Below are positions 1 through 10,930 of a stretch of DNA of 64,000 nt, piece by piece. A program made the position numbers and the translations under genes. The stretch's first letter is position 1. The number at the start of each line of letters is the position of its first letter. The notes below the pieces were generated by a model. That model was not told where the DNA came from and did no database searches. It was given only the letters and a program-made list of their open reading frames with translations. The stretch comes from an uncultured Acidobacteriota bacterium (GTDB taxonomy: Bacteria > Acidobacteriota > Vicinamibacteria > Vicinamibacterales > 2-12-FULL-66-21): positions 27,271 through 91,270 of the forward strand of contig CAWCQS010000010.1 in assembly GCA_963797715.1 (NCBI GenBank), in the 5' to 3' direction.

Positions 1-164
1 ACGGCCTTGCCGTCGACGTGCACCGTGCATGAGCCGCAAAAGCCGCCCCCGCACCCGAACTTGGTACCGGTGAGGCCCAGCTCGTCGCGCAGGTACCAGA
101 GCAGAGGCATGTCGGGGTCGCCGTCGAACGTGCGGTTCGACCCGTTTACTCTAAATGTGGTCAT
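1..164 (-). CDS. (2Fe-2S)-binding small subunit of a molybdenum hydroxylase (CoxS/IorA-like); N-terminal 54 codons only, gene continues beyond the left edge
   Basis: Minus-strand translation from ATG 164..162 reads [54 protein letters not shown]. The C-G-x-G-x-C-G-x-C ferredoxin motif sits in the usual N-terminal context of these subunits. It is not in the ORF track because the window edge cuts it; the listed + ORF 7..195 is its antisense shadow. Confidence 0.75.
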   Translation of the reverse strand, partial: MTTFRVNGSNRTFDGDPDMPLLWYLRDELGLTGTKFGCGGGFCGSCTVHVDGKA

Positions 165-191
165 TGGCCCGTCCTGTTTGGTAGAGATAAG

Positions 192-674
192 CTAGCCGCG
201 CGGCGCCGTTATCGCAAGTGATTCCTTGCACGGTGGGTAACCCTCGCGTGACGCGGCAGCAAGAATCTCGTCGGCGAGGTTGACGAACCCGGTCAAACGC
301 TCGTCGGTGGCTGTCGGGTGCAGGTGCGACGCGATGCCGCGAAACAGCGTCATCGACGAGACAAGCTTGGTCGCGTCGATCGACGAGCCCATCAGATCGT
401 CGATTGCGACGCCATTCCTGAGCTGCGCCGCGACCGCCGCAGTCATCTCGGACAGCCGTGGAAAGAGGACCGGATGGCGGAGGTACGCTTCAGCCTCGTT
501 GCGATCGCGAATGGCGTACATCCTTGACATCGTGGACATGCCGAGCCCCGCAATTTGCGGGAAGACGTACCAGATCCAGTGGCCGCGTTTGCGGCCAGCC
601 TTGATCTCTTGTAGAGCAGCCTCGTACTGACCGACCTCGTCCTGTGCTTCGACGAATCGTTCGAGATTAGTCAC
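192..674 (-). CDS. DUF1810 family protein
   Basis: 160-aa ORF with GTG start. LERFVEAQ..YEAALQEIKAGRKRGHWIWYVFPQIAGLGMS..YAI matches the conserved N-terminal signature I associate with DUF1810. Confidence 0.75.
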   Translation of the reverse strand: MTNLERFVEAQDEVGQYEAALQEIKAGRKRGHWIWYVFPQIAGLGMSTMSRMYAIRDRNEAEAYLRHPVLFPRLSEMTAAVAAQLRNGVAIDDLMGSSIDATKLVSSMTLFRGIASHLHPTATDERLTGFVNLADEILAAASREGYPPCKESLAITAPRG

Positions 675-676
675 AT

Positions 677-760
677 CAGCTACCAGCTACCAGCTACCAG
701 CTTCCGGCTTCCGGCTTCCGGCTTCCGAGCCGCGAGCCGCGAGCCGCGAGCCGCGACCGA
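677..760. repeat. Phased heptanucleotide tandem array, 12 units in three blocks: (CAGCTAC)x3 + CAGCTTC, (CGGCTTC)x3, (CGAGCCG)x4 + CGACCGA
   Basis: Read directly from the sequence. The 7-nt register is unbroken across all 12 units. The array fills the divergent spacer between the DUF1810 start (674) and the kinase start (782). Confidence 0.9.
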
Positions 761-781
761 GGGTACTCGTTACAATGTGCC

Positions 782-3368
782 ATGCCGCTCAGTACCGGCA
801 CCCGGCTCGGCGCATACGAGATCATCGCACCGCTCGGTTCCGGCGGGATGGGTGACGTCTACCGCGCTCGTGACGGCCGCCTGGGCCGTGACGTGGCGAT
901 CAAAGTGCTGCCGCCGGCGTTTGCTGCCGACCCCGAGGCGCTCGCGCGCTTCGAGCGCGAGATGAAAACGCTGGCCGGTCTTCCACATCCTCATATCGTC
1001 GCCATCTACGACGCCGGGCACGAAGGCTCAACCACGTACGCGGTCACCGAGCTCGTCGACGGTGAAACGCTCGCCGACCTGGTCTTGCGCGGGCCGCTGC
1101 CAATCCGCAAGGCGATTGAATACGGCGTCCAGATCGCGCGGGCACTCGCCGCCGCGCACGATCGCGGCATTGTCCATCGAGATCTCAAGCCGGCCAATGT
1201 CATCGTCACGCACGACGGACACGTGAAGGTCTTGGACTTCGGTCTCGCCCGCACGGCTGCGGTTGCGGCCGATGGTGCGACGACCGCCAACACCGCGCCT
1301 GGCCTGGTGATGGGAACGGTCGGCTATATGGCGCCCGAACAGGCGCGCGGCCTGCCTGTCGATCATCGCGCCGACATCTTCGCGTTCGGCTGCGTCATTT
1401 ACGAGCTGATTGCCGGAAGGCGAGCTTTCGACCGCGGAAGCGCCGCTGACACGCTCTCGGCCATCCTGCGCGAAGATCCGCCACCGCTTTCGGCTCAGAA
1501 CCCGGGCGTGCCACCAGCGCTCGAGCGAGTCGTGCAACGATGCCTCGAGAAAGACCCCGCAGAACGCTTTCAGTCGGCGCGGGATCTCGCGTTCGCGCTC
1601 GATGCGCTCTCGTCCGGTGCGAGCGGACCAACGAGCGGCCGAGCCGTCATTCCCCCCGCGAGGAAGTGGAAGGGCACGCTCGTCGTTGCCGCCGCCCTGG
1701 CCGCAATCGCCGGAGCGTTTGCAATCGGCCGTTCGCTCACGCCATCAAGTCCAGCGCCACCGACGATCACCCAGCTGACTTTCGACCGCGGCGTCATCCG
1801 CAGCGCGAGGTTTGCGCCCGACGCCGAGACGATCGTCTACGGCGCACGCTGGGGCGACGAGCCGTTGAAACTTTTCGTCGCACGTGCCGACACCGGCGAG
1901 TCGAAGCCACTCGATCTCCCGAGCGGCGAGGTCGTCGCCGTCGCGAAAACGGGAGACATGCTGCTCTCGCTCCAGCGCCAGGTACCTGGGGCCGTGGACG
2001 GCCGAGGGCACTCTCGCGAGGGCGCGACTCTTCGGGTCGAGCGCCCGCGAAATACTCGAGCGCGTGCGCGATGCCGACTTCCTGCCCGGCGACGCGCTTG
2101 CCGTCGCGCGACGCGTCAACGGTCAGGATCAATTGGAAGTGCCGCAAGGCAACGTCGTGTTCCGGACGCCCGGCTATATCAGCAGCGTCCGCGTATCACC
2201 GGATGGTAAGCGCGTGGCCTTTCTCGAGCACCCGCTCTTCGGCGACAACCGCGGCTACGTGGCGGTGTACGACGGGCGCGGCGCGCGCCGGCTGACGCCG
2301 GAATACAGCGGCATCGAGTCAGTGAGCTGGACTCCGGACGGCAAAGAAATCTGGTACGGCGGTGCGAGCGACGAGACGACCTGGCCGATCAAAGCGATCG
2401 ATCCTGACGTGACGACGGCCCGCCACGGCCGAATCATCTGGTATGTCCCGACGAACCTGATGCTCTTCGACATCGACGGACGCGGCCGCGTGCTGTTGAC
2501 TGCAAACGACGCGGCCGAGCTGACGGCGGGGGCCGTCGCCGGCCAGGCGCGCGAGCGAACGCTGTCATCGAGTGGCTGGACGGTACCGGCCGACATCTCG
2601 TCTGACGGCCGAACGGTTTTGCTCTTCGTCTCTGACACCGACCCGGACTATAGCGTGGTGATCCGAGGCATGGACGGATCGGCGGCGGTCAAGATTGGCA
2701 GCGGTCGCGCACAGGAGCTGTCGCCCGACGGCAAGTGGGCGCTGTCGATTACGCCCTCGACGCCGTACAGAGTGCTCCTCCTTCCGACCGGCGCCGGAGA
2801 ATCCCGTCAGCTCGACATCGGCGACATCACCCCGAACGTGGGAGTCTTTCTACCAGGCGAACGGATGCGCGTCGCGCTCGTGGGCGCGCGCAACGGCTCA
2901 CCGATCGCCGCAATCATCGACGCGACGTCTGGCCAACGCACCACGATCGATCTGCCGGAGCTTCGCGGCCGCGCGTTCAACGTCCGCCGCTACGTCCGTA
3001 CGCACGCATCGCCCGATGGATCGCTTCTCGCGGTGCAAGCCGACGATGGCAAGGTGCTGGCGTGGCCGATCACCGGGAACGGCGCCGCGGCGCGCACGCT
3101 GGCGACGTTGACAGGCGACGAAGCGTTCGCCGGCTGGTCGACGGACGCCGCGCGCATCTACGTTGCCTCGTGGAAGGGGCCGCAGGGCCGGATCGAGTCG
3201 CTCGACGTCACGAGCGCCCGGCGTAGCGTCATCCGCGAGATTACGATGGACGATCCGGCCGGCGTGCTGACAACGCCGGAGCTGTACGTCAGCGCCGACG
3301 GCCAGTCGTACGTGTACGGCTCGCCACGCATGCTGAGCACGCTCTACTTGGTGACGGGATTGAAGTAG
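782..3368 (+). pseudogene. Ser/Thr protein kinase fused to a TM segment and a TolB/PD40-like beta-propeller; one frame break near 1980
   Basis: ORF 782..2209 gives a Hanks kinase domain (GSGGMGDVYRA, HRDLKPANV, DFGLA, GYMAPE) followed by TM LVVAAALAAIAGAFAI. Sense is lost after GDMLLSLQRQ. It resumes one base downstream in ORF 1884..3368 (YLGPWTAEGTLARA.., repeated SPDG/TPDG propeller blades) and runs to the stop at 3366..3368. Confidence 0.85.
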
Positions 3369-3371
3369 TTC

Positions 3372-3398
3372 TTCCGCCTGAAGGCGGAACCCACAGTG
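3372..3398 (+). repeat. REP-like hairpin TTCCGCC-tgaa-GGCGGAA with tail CCCACAGTG, just after the kinase stop
   Basis: Perfect 7-bp stem and 4-nt loop. It has the same 7-4-7 plus AC-rich tail architecture as the elements at 39911..39960 and 43887..43910. Confidence 0.55.
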
Positions 3399-3459
3399 CC
3401 TAGGCCAAGCAAACGGTGCAACACAGGGACACGTGCGCCCTCGTGTCCTCCGTTTCTGA

Positions 3460-5883
3460 TCACACCTCGCGTCGGAGCGCCAGCGTCGGATCGATGCGGG
3501 CCGCGCGCCAGGCGGGTAGCGCGCAGGCCATCAGGACCGAGAGCGTCATCACGAGCGCGGCGCCGATGTAGCTGACCGGGTCGGCGGTACCGACGCCGAA
3601 GAGGAGGCTGCGCAGCGCGCGCGCCAGCGCGAAAGCGCCGGCGAGTCCGACCAGCGCGCCGATCGTCGACAACACGATGCCCTGAAGCAGAACGAGCCGC
3701 AGGACCGCACCAGGCGTGGCGCCGAGCGCCATGCGGACGCCAATCTCCGGCGTGCGTCTCGTCACCACTTGCGCCATCAGACCGAAGATGCCGACGGCGG
3801 CGAGGAGCACCGCGAGCACAGAAAAGAGCGCGAGCAGCCAGGCCTGGAAGCGACGGATGGCCAGCGACTCGGCAATCTGGCCGTCGACCGTCGCGAGGGC
3901 GGTGACGGGCGCCGACGGATCGAGCGCGCGGATCTCCGCGCGCACCGCCGGCGCGAGCGCCAAGGGATTTCCATTTGTCGCCACCAGCAATTGCATGTTA
4001 CGGCTCGCACCCTGCGTCGTCGACATGAACGTTTCGAGCCGCGACCCCTGGTTGAGGCCCCGCCGGCGCATATCGCCGGCAACGCCGATGATCGTCATCC
4101 AGGGGTTGTCGGGCCGTGGAGATCCGAAGACGAAATGCTTGCCAACGGGATCCTGGTCAGGCCAGTAACGGTTCGCGAGTGTCTCGTTGATCACGATCAC
4201 CCGGCCACCATCCTCGCGGTCGCGCGAATCTGGGAAGCGGCCGCGAACCAGGCGCACCTGCATCGTCTCGAAGAAGCTTGGCGATACCCGGTCGATGGTC
4301 GCTTCGATTTGCTCGGACGGCGGAAACGGCGGCCGGTCCTCAAGCGTGAACGTGCCTGAAGACGGAGTGTTGCTCAAGAAGAGATCCGAGGTGACTGCGG
4401 CATTCGTCACGCCCGGCAACGCGCGGACACGCTCGAGCAACTGATCGTAGAACTGGGTCAGCTGCGGCGGTTGTGGGAACGACGCGCGCGAGGCGTTGAC
4501 CCGCATGGTCAAGACGCCAGCCGTCCGGAACCCCACGTCCATGCCGCGGAGCGCACCGAGCGATCGAATCATCAGGCCGGCACCAGCAAGGAGCAGGATG
4601 GCCAGCGCGCACTGCACGATGAGGAGCGCCGACCGAGTTCTCGCGGCCGCATGCGAGCCGGACACACCCCGGCCGCTGTCCCGGAGCGCCTCCTGCAGAT
4701 TGACCCGGGAGAGACGCCAGGCTGGCCACAAGCCGCACGCGATCGCCGTCACCGTCGTGACCACGATCGCAAACACGAGAACGGTCGCATCCAGGCCGAT
4801 CTCGTCGAGACGCGGAAGATCGCGCGGCGCCATCCACACGAGCGCGCGGACACCGATGTAAGCCACGACGACTCCCGCCGCACCGGCGACAACCGCAAGG
4901 GCGCCGGCCTCCATCAGCAACTGACGAATCAGCGTGCCCCGGCTCGCACCAATCGCGGAACGGACGACGATCTCGCGACTGCGCGACTCCGATCGAGCGA
5001 GGAACAGGCCGGCTACGTTGACGCACGCGATCAGCAGCACGAACCCCACGGCGCCGAGCAGCACGTAAAGAGGTGTCCGCACATTGCCAGCGACGTGATT
5101 CTCGAGCGGGTTGACGTAGATCCCGTAGCCAGCGTTGTCCTCCGGATACTGCTGCTCGAGCTGCGTGCCGACAACCGCCATCTGGGTCTGCGCCTCGAGC
5201 GGCGGTACGCCGGGCTTGAGACGACCGACCATCTGCAGCCAATAGCCGGTACGTCGCTTGGCGCGCTCGTTGACGACGAGCGGCGCCCAGAATTCGCTCT
5301 CCTTCGAGGGGAACGCAAAGCCCGCCGGCATGACGCCGATGACGGCGAGACGCCGGCCATCAAAATCGAGCGTGCGGCCGATCACGTTGGCTCCACCGAA
5401 TCGCCTCTGCCACAACCCCCAGCCGATGACGACCACGTTCTCCTTGCCGGCGATTTCCTCGTCGGCAGTAAAAAGCCGTCCCTGCGAGGAGGTCACGCCG
5501 AGGACGTCGAAGAGATCCGCTTCCGCATATGCACCGCGAATGCGTTCGGGTTCGCCATCGCCGATGAGGTTGACCGTGGGCTCCGTAAACGCCGCCATCG
5601 ACTCAAACGATGTCCCAAGCCGCTTGTAGTCCTGATAGTTGAGGTAGGACGCCCAGTCCTCGCGCATTTGCAGCCGGCGATTGTCCATCCAGACGCGCGC
5701 CAGCCGTTCCGGTTCGCGGTACGGCAGCGGCTTGAGGATGACGTGCCGGACGACGCTGAAGAGGGCGGTGTTGGCGCCGATGCCGAGGGCCAGCGTGATG
5801 ATCGCAAGGGCGGCAAAACCCGGATTCAGCCGCAGTTGCCGGAAGCCGTAGCGGAAGTCCGAGAGCAGGCGTTGAAAAGCCAT
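3460..5883 (-). CDS. ADOP-family (MacB/FtsX-like) permease, 807 aa, no N-terminal prefix domain
   Basis: The listed ORF is 3460..6699, but family-like sequence starts at ATG 5883..5881 ([45 protein letters not shown]). It has two FtsX-type 4-TM modules separated by large periplasmic domains. The C-terminus [18 protein letters not shown] is typical. Confidence 0.85.
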   Translation of the reverse strand: MAFQRLLSDFRYGFRQLRLNPGFAALAIITLALGIGANTALFSVVRHVILKPLPYREPERLARVWMDNRRLQMREDWASYLNYQDYKRLGTSFESMAAFTEPTVNLIGDGEPERIRGAYAEADLFDVLGVTSSQGRLFTADEEIAGKENVVVIGWGLWQRRFGGANVIGRTLDFDGRRLAVIGVMPAGFAFPSKESEFWAPLVVNERAKRRTGYWLQMVGRLKPGVPPLEAQTQMAVVGTQLEQQYPEDNAGYGIYVNPLENHVAGNVRTPLYVLLGAVGFVLLIACVNVAGLFLARSESRSREIVVRSAIGASRGTLIRQLLMEAGALAVVAGAAGVVVAYIGVRALVWMAPRDLPRLDEIGLDATVLVFAIVVTTVTAIACGLWPAWRLSRVNLQEALRDSGRGVSGSHAAARTRSALLIVQCALAILLLAGAGLMIRSLGALRGMDVGFRTAGVLTMRVNASRASFPQPPQLTQFYDQLLERVRALPGVTNAAVTSDLFLSNTPSSGTFTLEDRPPFPPSEQIEATIDRVSPSFFETMQVRLVRGRFPDSRDREDGGRVIVINETLANRYWPDQDPVGKHFVFGSPRPDNPWMTIIGVAGDMRRRGLNQGSRLETFMSTTQGASRNMQLLVATNGNPLALAPAVRAEIRALDPSAPVTALATVDGQIAESLAIRRFQAWLLALFSVLAVLLAAVGIFGLMAQVVTRRTPEIGVRMALGATPGAVLRLVLLQGIVLSTIGALVGLAGAFALARALRSLLFGVGTADPVSYIGAALVMTLSVLMACALPAWRAARIDPTLALRREV

Positions 5884-6023
5884 GGGCTGATCCTCGGCAG
5901 CTAAGACGTCCGTCGCGTGCCCCTGGTTGGGACGGAACGGCCAATCGTAACGCCGAATGCTGAGTGTTGAAGCAACTGTCGGGGGGAGATCACTTGTCCA
6001 GTGAATTCCGTCGACGCCCCACA

Positions 6024-6132
6024 CTGTCAAAGGCACAATCGCAGGGTTTTGACAGCGAACCACGCCGATAAAGCATCCTGAAACAACCACTCTGTTTGAC
6101 AATCTAATGGAACTAAATCGATACTCCATTAG
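6024..6132. promoter_or_regulatory. Divergent ADOP/ADOP control region with two perfect inverted repeats and a TTGACA box
   Basis: CTGTCAAA (6024..6031) pairs with TTTGACAG (6048..6055). CTAATGGA (6104..6111) pairs with TCCATTAG (6125..6132). TTGACA lies at 6096..6101. This is the most AT-rich stretch of the 276-bp spacer. Confidence 0.35.
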
Positions 6133-6162
6133 TATGTCTAACGGACGCAGCGCGGAGGCGTG

Positions 6163-8896
6163 ATGACATCGGGAAACATCTGGGCCAGGTGCCGCGAGTG
6201 GGCCGCCCGCGTGCGAGGCGTTTTGAGCGGCCGCCGCCGCGATGCCGATCTCGAGGATGAGCTGCGTCTCCACCTCGATCTGGCAGCCGAAGACACGCGG
6301 CGTCACACCGATCCCGCTGACGACGCTCGGCGAACGGCGACGGTTCGACATGGCGCGGTGGCACAGACGATGGACGCCCTGCGCGATCAACGCGGCCTGC
6401 CGTGGATCGACGACCTCGCCCGCGACGTGCGCTATTCGGCCCGCACGCTCGCCCGCACGCCCCTCTTCACCACCGTCGTCCTGGTGACCCTTGCGATAGG
6501 CGTCGGCGCGAACACCGCCGTCTTCGGCGTCGTCAACAGTGTCCTGCTCCGTCCGCTGCCCTATCCGAACGCCTCCGAGCTCGTCGCGATCTGGCATACC
6601 GCGCCTGGAGCGTCTGGCATGTCGAACCTGTCCGGCGACCTCCGCCTGTCGCCATCGATGTATTTCACCTACGCCGAGCAGAACCGTACGTTCCAGCACC
6701 TGGGCGTGTGGTTCGCAGGCACCGCGACGGTGACGGGCGTCGCCGAACCCGAGCAGGTGCGAAACCTGTTCGTGTCAGATGGCACGCTGCAGGCGCTCGG
6801 CGTGCAGCCGCAGCTTGGCCGATGGCTGCTCGCCGCCGATCAGGCGGTTGGCGCGCCCCGGACGATGATGCTTGGCCACGGCTACTGGCTGCGGCGCTTT
6901 GGCGGCGACCGATCCGTCCTCGGCCGGCAGATCACTGTCGAAGCGCAAACGCGCGAGATCGTCGGCGTCATGCCAAAAGGTTTCCGCGTCGTCGATGCGG
7001 AACCAGACGTCATAGTCCCTTTCGGCCTCGATCGCAGCCGCGTCACACTGCCGGGTTTTGGTCTGCAGGGAGTCGGCCGTCTGAAGGCCGGTGTCTCGCT
7101 CGAGCAGGGGAGCGCTGACATCGCGCGGTTGGTGCCGATCTGGATGCGGTCGTGGCCCGCCGCGCCGAGCGTCGACCCTCTTATCTACGAGAGTTGGAAA
7201 ATCACTCCGGCACTGCGGCCACTCGCCCAGGATGTGGTGGGAAACGTCAGCCGCGCGCTCTGGGTACTCATGGGCACCATCGGCATCGTCATGCTGATCG
7301 CTGGCGCGAATGTCGCCGGGCTGCTGCTGGTGCGGACCGAAAGCCGTCAGCAGGAGCTGGCGGTTCGCGCGGCGCTCGGTGCCGGCCGCGGCCGAATCAT
7401 TCGGGGGCTGCTCGTCGAGAGTCTCGTCCTCGGGCTTGCCGGCGGCGCGCTGGGACTGGCCGTGGCGAGCGTGGGCCTCGACATCCTGGTTTCTCGTGGA
7501 CCCGAGTCCTTGCCGCGCCTGAATGAGATCGGGATCGACTGGCGAGCGATCGTATTTGCCCTCGTCATCTCACTCGGCGCAGGGCTCGTGTTCGGACTTC
7601 TGCCGGCGCTCAAGTACGCCGGGACCCGAATCGCGACGTCGCTCGGTGGCGCCGGGCGCACGTCAACCGCAACTCGCGAGCGGCATCGCGCGCGTAACGC
7701 GCTGGTCGTCGCTCAAGTCGCGCTGGCGCTGGTGCTGCTCATCAGCTCCGGGTTGATGATTCGCACGTTCCAGGCGCTCAGAAATGTCGACCCGGGCTTT
7801 GTCCGGCCCGACACGCTGCAGACCGTCGAAATATCGATTCCTCCGTCGCTCGTGCCAGAGCCCCAGCGCGTGGCACGCCTGCAGAACGACATCGTTGACG
7901 CGATCGCGGCGATTCCTGGCGTGACGTCGGCAGCCTTCGTCAGCGTCATGCCGATGGTTCCGCGCACCCCCGACTGGGATGCGATCAGTGTCGAAGGCCG
8001 AGTCTACCCGGCCGGCGAGATCCCGCCGCTCCGGTTTTTCAAGTCGATCTCGCCGAAGTTCTTCGAAACGTCTGGCACCCGTCTCGTCGCCGGCCGCGAT
8101 CTCACCTGGGCCGATATCCACGAGCATCGCAACGTCGTGATGATGTCGGAGAACCTCGCACGAGAGTTGTGGGGATCGCCACAGGAAGCCATCGGCAAGC
8201 GCATTCGCACCGTCGACATCTCACCCTGGCGCGAAGTCGTCGGTGTCGTGCAGGACGTGCACGACAACGGCGCGCACGAGCCTGCGCCGACCACGGTGTA
8301 CTGGCCGACGCTCAGCGAGAGCTCGGTAAGCGCCGGTAAGCTCAATGTCGAGCGAACGGTGACGTTTGCAATTCGCAGCCCGCAGGCTGGCAGCGATTCG
8401 CTGCTCGGCCAGGTTCGATCTGCGGTGTGGTCGAAGAACGCCACCCTGTCGCTCGCGGCCGAGCGCACGATGCAGCAGATTTACGACGCGTCGATGGCAC
8501 GAACATCGTTCACGCTCGTGATGCTGGGAATCGCTGGCGCGATGGCCCTCGTGCTCGGTGTCGTCGGGATCTACGGCGTGCTGTCGTACGCGGTCTCGCA
8601 ACGCACGCGTGAGATTGGCATCCGCCTCGCGCTCGGCGCACAACGCGCCGAGCTCAAGCGGATGTTCGTGCGTCACGCGCTCACGCTCACAGCCATCGGC
8701 ACGGTGCTCGGCCTTGCTGCCGCCGCCAGCCTGACGCGGGTGATGTCGTCGCTCCTCTACGGCATCAGCCCGCTCGATCCACTGACCTACGTGGCAGTGC
8801 CAGTCGGTACTGTTATCAGCGGCGCTCCTCGCGAGCTACTTGCCGGCGCGGCGCGCGGCGGCGGTCGATCCGGTGCTCGCGTTGAAAACCGACTAG
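6163..8896 (+). pseudogene. ADOP-family permease with helical N-terminal prefix; one frame break near 8806
   Basis: ATG 6163 has GGAGG 4 nt upstream (GTG 6160 is also possible). The prefix ([16 protein letters not shown]..) is followed by [26 protein letters not shown] and two FtsX modules. After ..LTYVAVPV the listed frame turns to nonsense. A +1 shift restores the family C-terminus VLLSAALLASYLPARRAAAVDPVLALKTD and stop TAG 8894..8896. Confidence 0.85.
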
Positions 8897-10930
8897 TTCT
8901 CCTGACGCGCGGCCTGGCCGGCGGGAGCTTGCGGCAGCGCGAATGCCATCAAGCTGTCGTCGGTGAGCGGCGCGCCGAAGAAACCGCCGCCGGTCGACGA
9001 AATCACGACGTACTGCTTGCCGTCCTTGCCAAGATACGGTACTCGGCGTCGCATTGGCGGCGCCGGTGAGCTTGAACGTCCACAGTTCCTTTCCCGACTT
9101 GGCGTCGAACCCACGGAATCGCCCATCGTCTGTGGCGCCGACGAAAACGAGGCCGCCGGCAGTCGCAATCGTGCCGCCGTTGCCGGGTCGGCCCGTCTTC
9201 TGCTTCTCAGGCGGCAGGCTTTCGGTGATCCCGAGCGGGACGCGCCACGCGAACTCGCCGGTGTTCACGTCGACCGCGGTCAACTGTCCCCACGGCGGCT
9301 GCTGGCACATCATGTTGCTCGCCTCGTCTTTGAACCGCCCGCCACCGGCGATGCCCTGGTAGGGACCGTCAGGATGCACGCGGTTGCCCTGCCCGGCGCC
9401 TTGCGCAGCGCCCGTCCCGGCAGGATCGCGATCGGTCACACCCGCGAGTTGTCCGAGCTCGTTGGTGTTGATGAACAAATACCCAAGCTGGGGATTGAAC
9501 GAGACGCCACCCCAGTTGACACCGCCGTGATTGCCTGGGAACTGCAGTCGAAGACGCTTGTAGCCCTGCGGCAAATATGGCCCGCCGATCTGCACACCTT
9601 CGATCAACTTGCGGCACGCAGCCTCGAGCTCCGGCGTGACGGTGGCGATATCCGCCAGGGTCATCGACATGCGCGAGAGTGGCGGCGGCTTGAGCGGAAA
9701 CGGTTGTGTCTTTGCGGGACGCTCGAGCGGCACCTCGCTCGGCGGCACCGGACGGTCCTCGACGCCGTAGATCGGCTTTCCCGTGACGCGATCGAGCAGA
9801 AACAGAAGGCCAGGCTTGTTGATCACGGCCACCGCCGGGATCGTCTTGCCGCCCTGTCTGACATCGATGAGCGCGGGCGCGGCCGACAAATCCGCGTCCC
9901 AGATATCGTGGCGTACGACCTGGAAGTGCCAGAGATATTTCCCGGTATTCGCATCGGCAGCGACGATGCTCGTGCCGAACAGGTTGTCGCCGGCGCGGTC
10001 ACCACCGTATTGATCGACTGACGGCGCGCCAAACGGCATGTAGACGATCCCGCGCTGGACATCGACAGTGATGAAGCCCCACACGTTCACGCCCGAGCGG
10101 TTCTTCCCACTGTCGCCCGTCCAGGTGTCGCTGAACTTCTCGCCGGCGCGCGGAATCGAGCGGAACGTCCACACCAGCTTGCCGGTGTGGATGTCCCACG
10201 CACGTACGTCACCCGCCGGCCCGAGGGGCGGATTCTCCTGCGTGCGGCCGCCGGTGATGACCAGATTGCGGTAGACGGTCGGCGGCGAGCTGAGCCCGTT
10301 CGATCCAGGAAGACCTTGAAGAATCTCGGGTGTGTTCAAGTCGATGCTGCCGCTCTCGCCGAACTTGGGATTGGGAACGCCCGTCTTGGCATCGAGCGAA
10401 TAGAGGCGCCCGTTGCTGGTGCCGAAGACGATTTGCGGCGGCGTCTCAGCATCACCTGAGAAATACTCAACGCCTCGCGTCGACGGGTTGCCGCTCGGCA
10501 ACTGAAACGCCCACGACTCTTTTCCAGTTGTCGGATCCAGCGCGACGACGCGGTTGTAGGGCGTAGCGACGTACATCAGCCCATCGACGACGAGCGGCGT
10601 GACCTCGCTTTGGGAGAAGCCCGTACCGCCGCGGCCGCGCCCTCGTCCCTGCGCAGACGCGCCGGCCGCCGTGGCGGCTCCACCGTCCGGAGGCGGCGCC
10701 GGCCGCATGTGATACACCCACGCAACCTGGAGCTGATTGACGTTGCCGGGCGTGACCTGGGTCAGCGGCGAAAATCGCATGCCGCCCGGGTCGTGACCGT
10801 AGGTCGGCCACTCGCTCGACGGCGTGGTGGGCTTGGTCGATCCAGTGCCCGACTGGGCGGTAATTTCAGGAGCGGCCGGCGACGCGAAGGTGCCCGCCGC
10901 GATTGCTACCGCGAGGAAGGATCGCTTCAT
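8893..10930 (-). pseudogene. PQQ-dependent dehydrogenase (quinoprotein, 8-bladed propeller) with signal peptide; one frame break near 9040
   Basis: ORF 8816..10930 reads MKRSFLAVAIAAGTFASP.., WPTYGHDPGGMRFSPL, VTPLVVDGLMYVATPYNRVVALD, and repeated W-motif blades. After ..KLTGAANATP the sense continues in ORF 8893..9168 (YLGKDGKQYVVISSTGGGFFGAP..) to the stop at 8895..8893. Confidence 0.85.

Noticed and set aside
677-760. Heptamer arrays as CRISPR or as coding low-complexity
   Set aside because: The units are 7 nt with no spacers and no cas genes. The period is not a multiple of 3, and the arrays end exactly at gene boundaries.
5884-6699. 272-codon N-terminal extension of ORF 3460..6699
   Set aside because: The extension crosses the AT-rich divergent promoter and the start of the opposite ADOP gene. 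The family-like sequence and first TM begin at ATG 5883.
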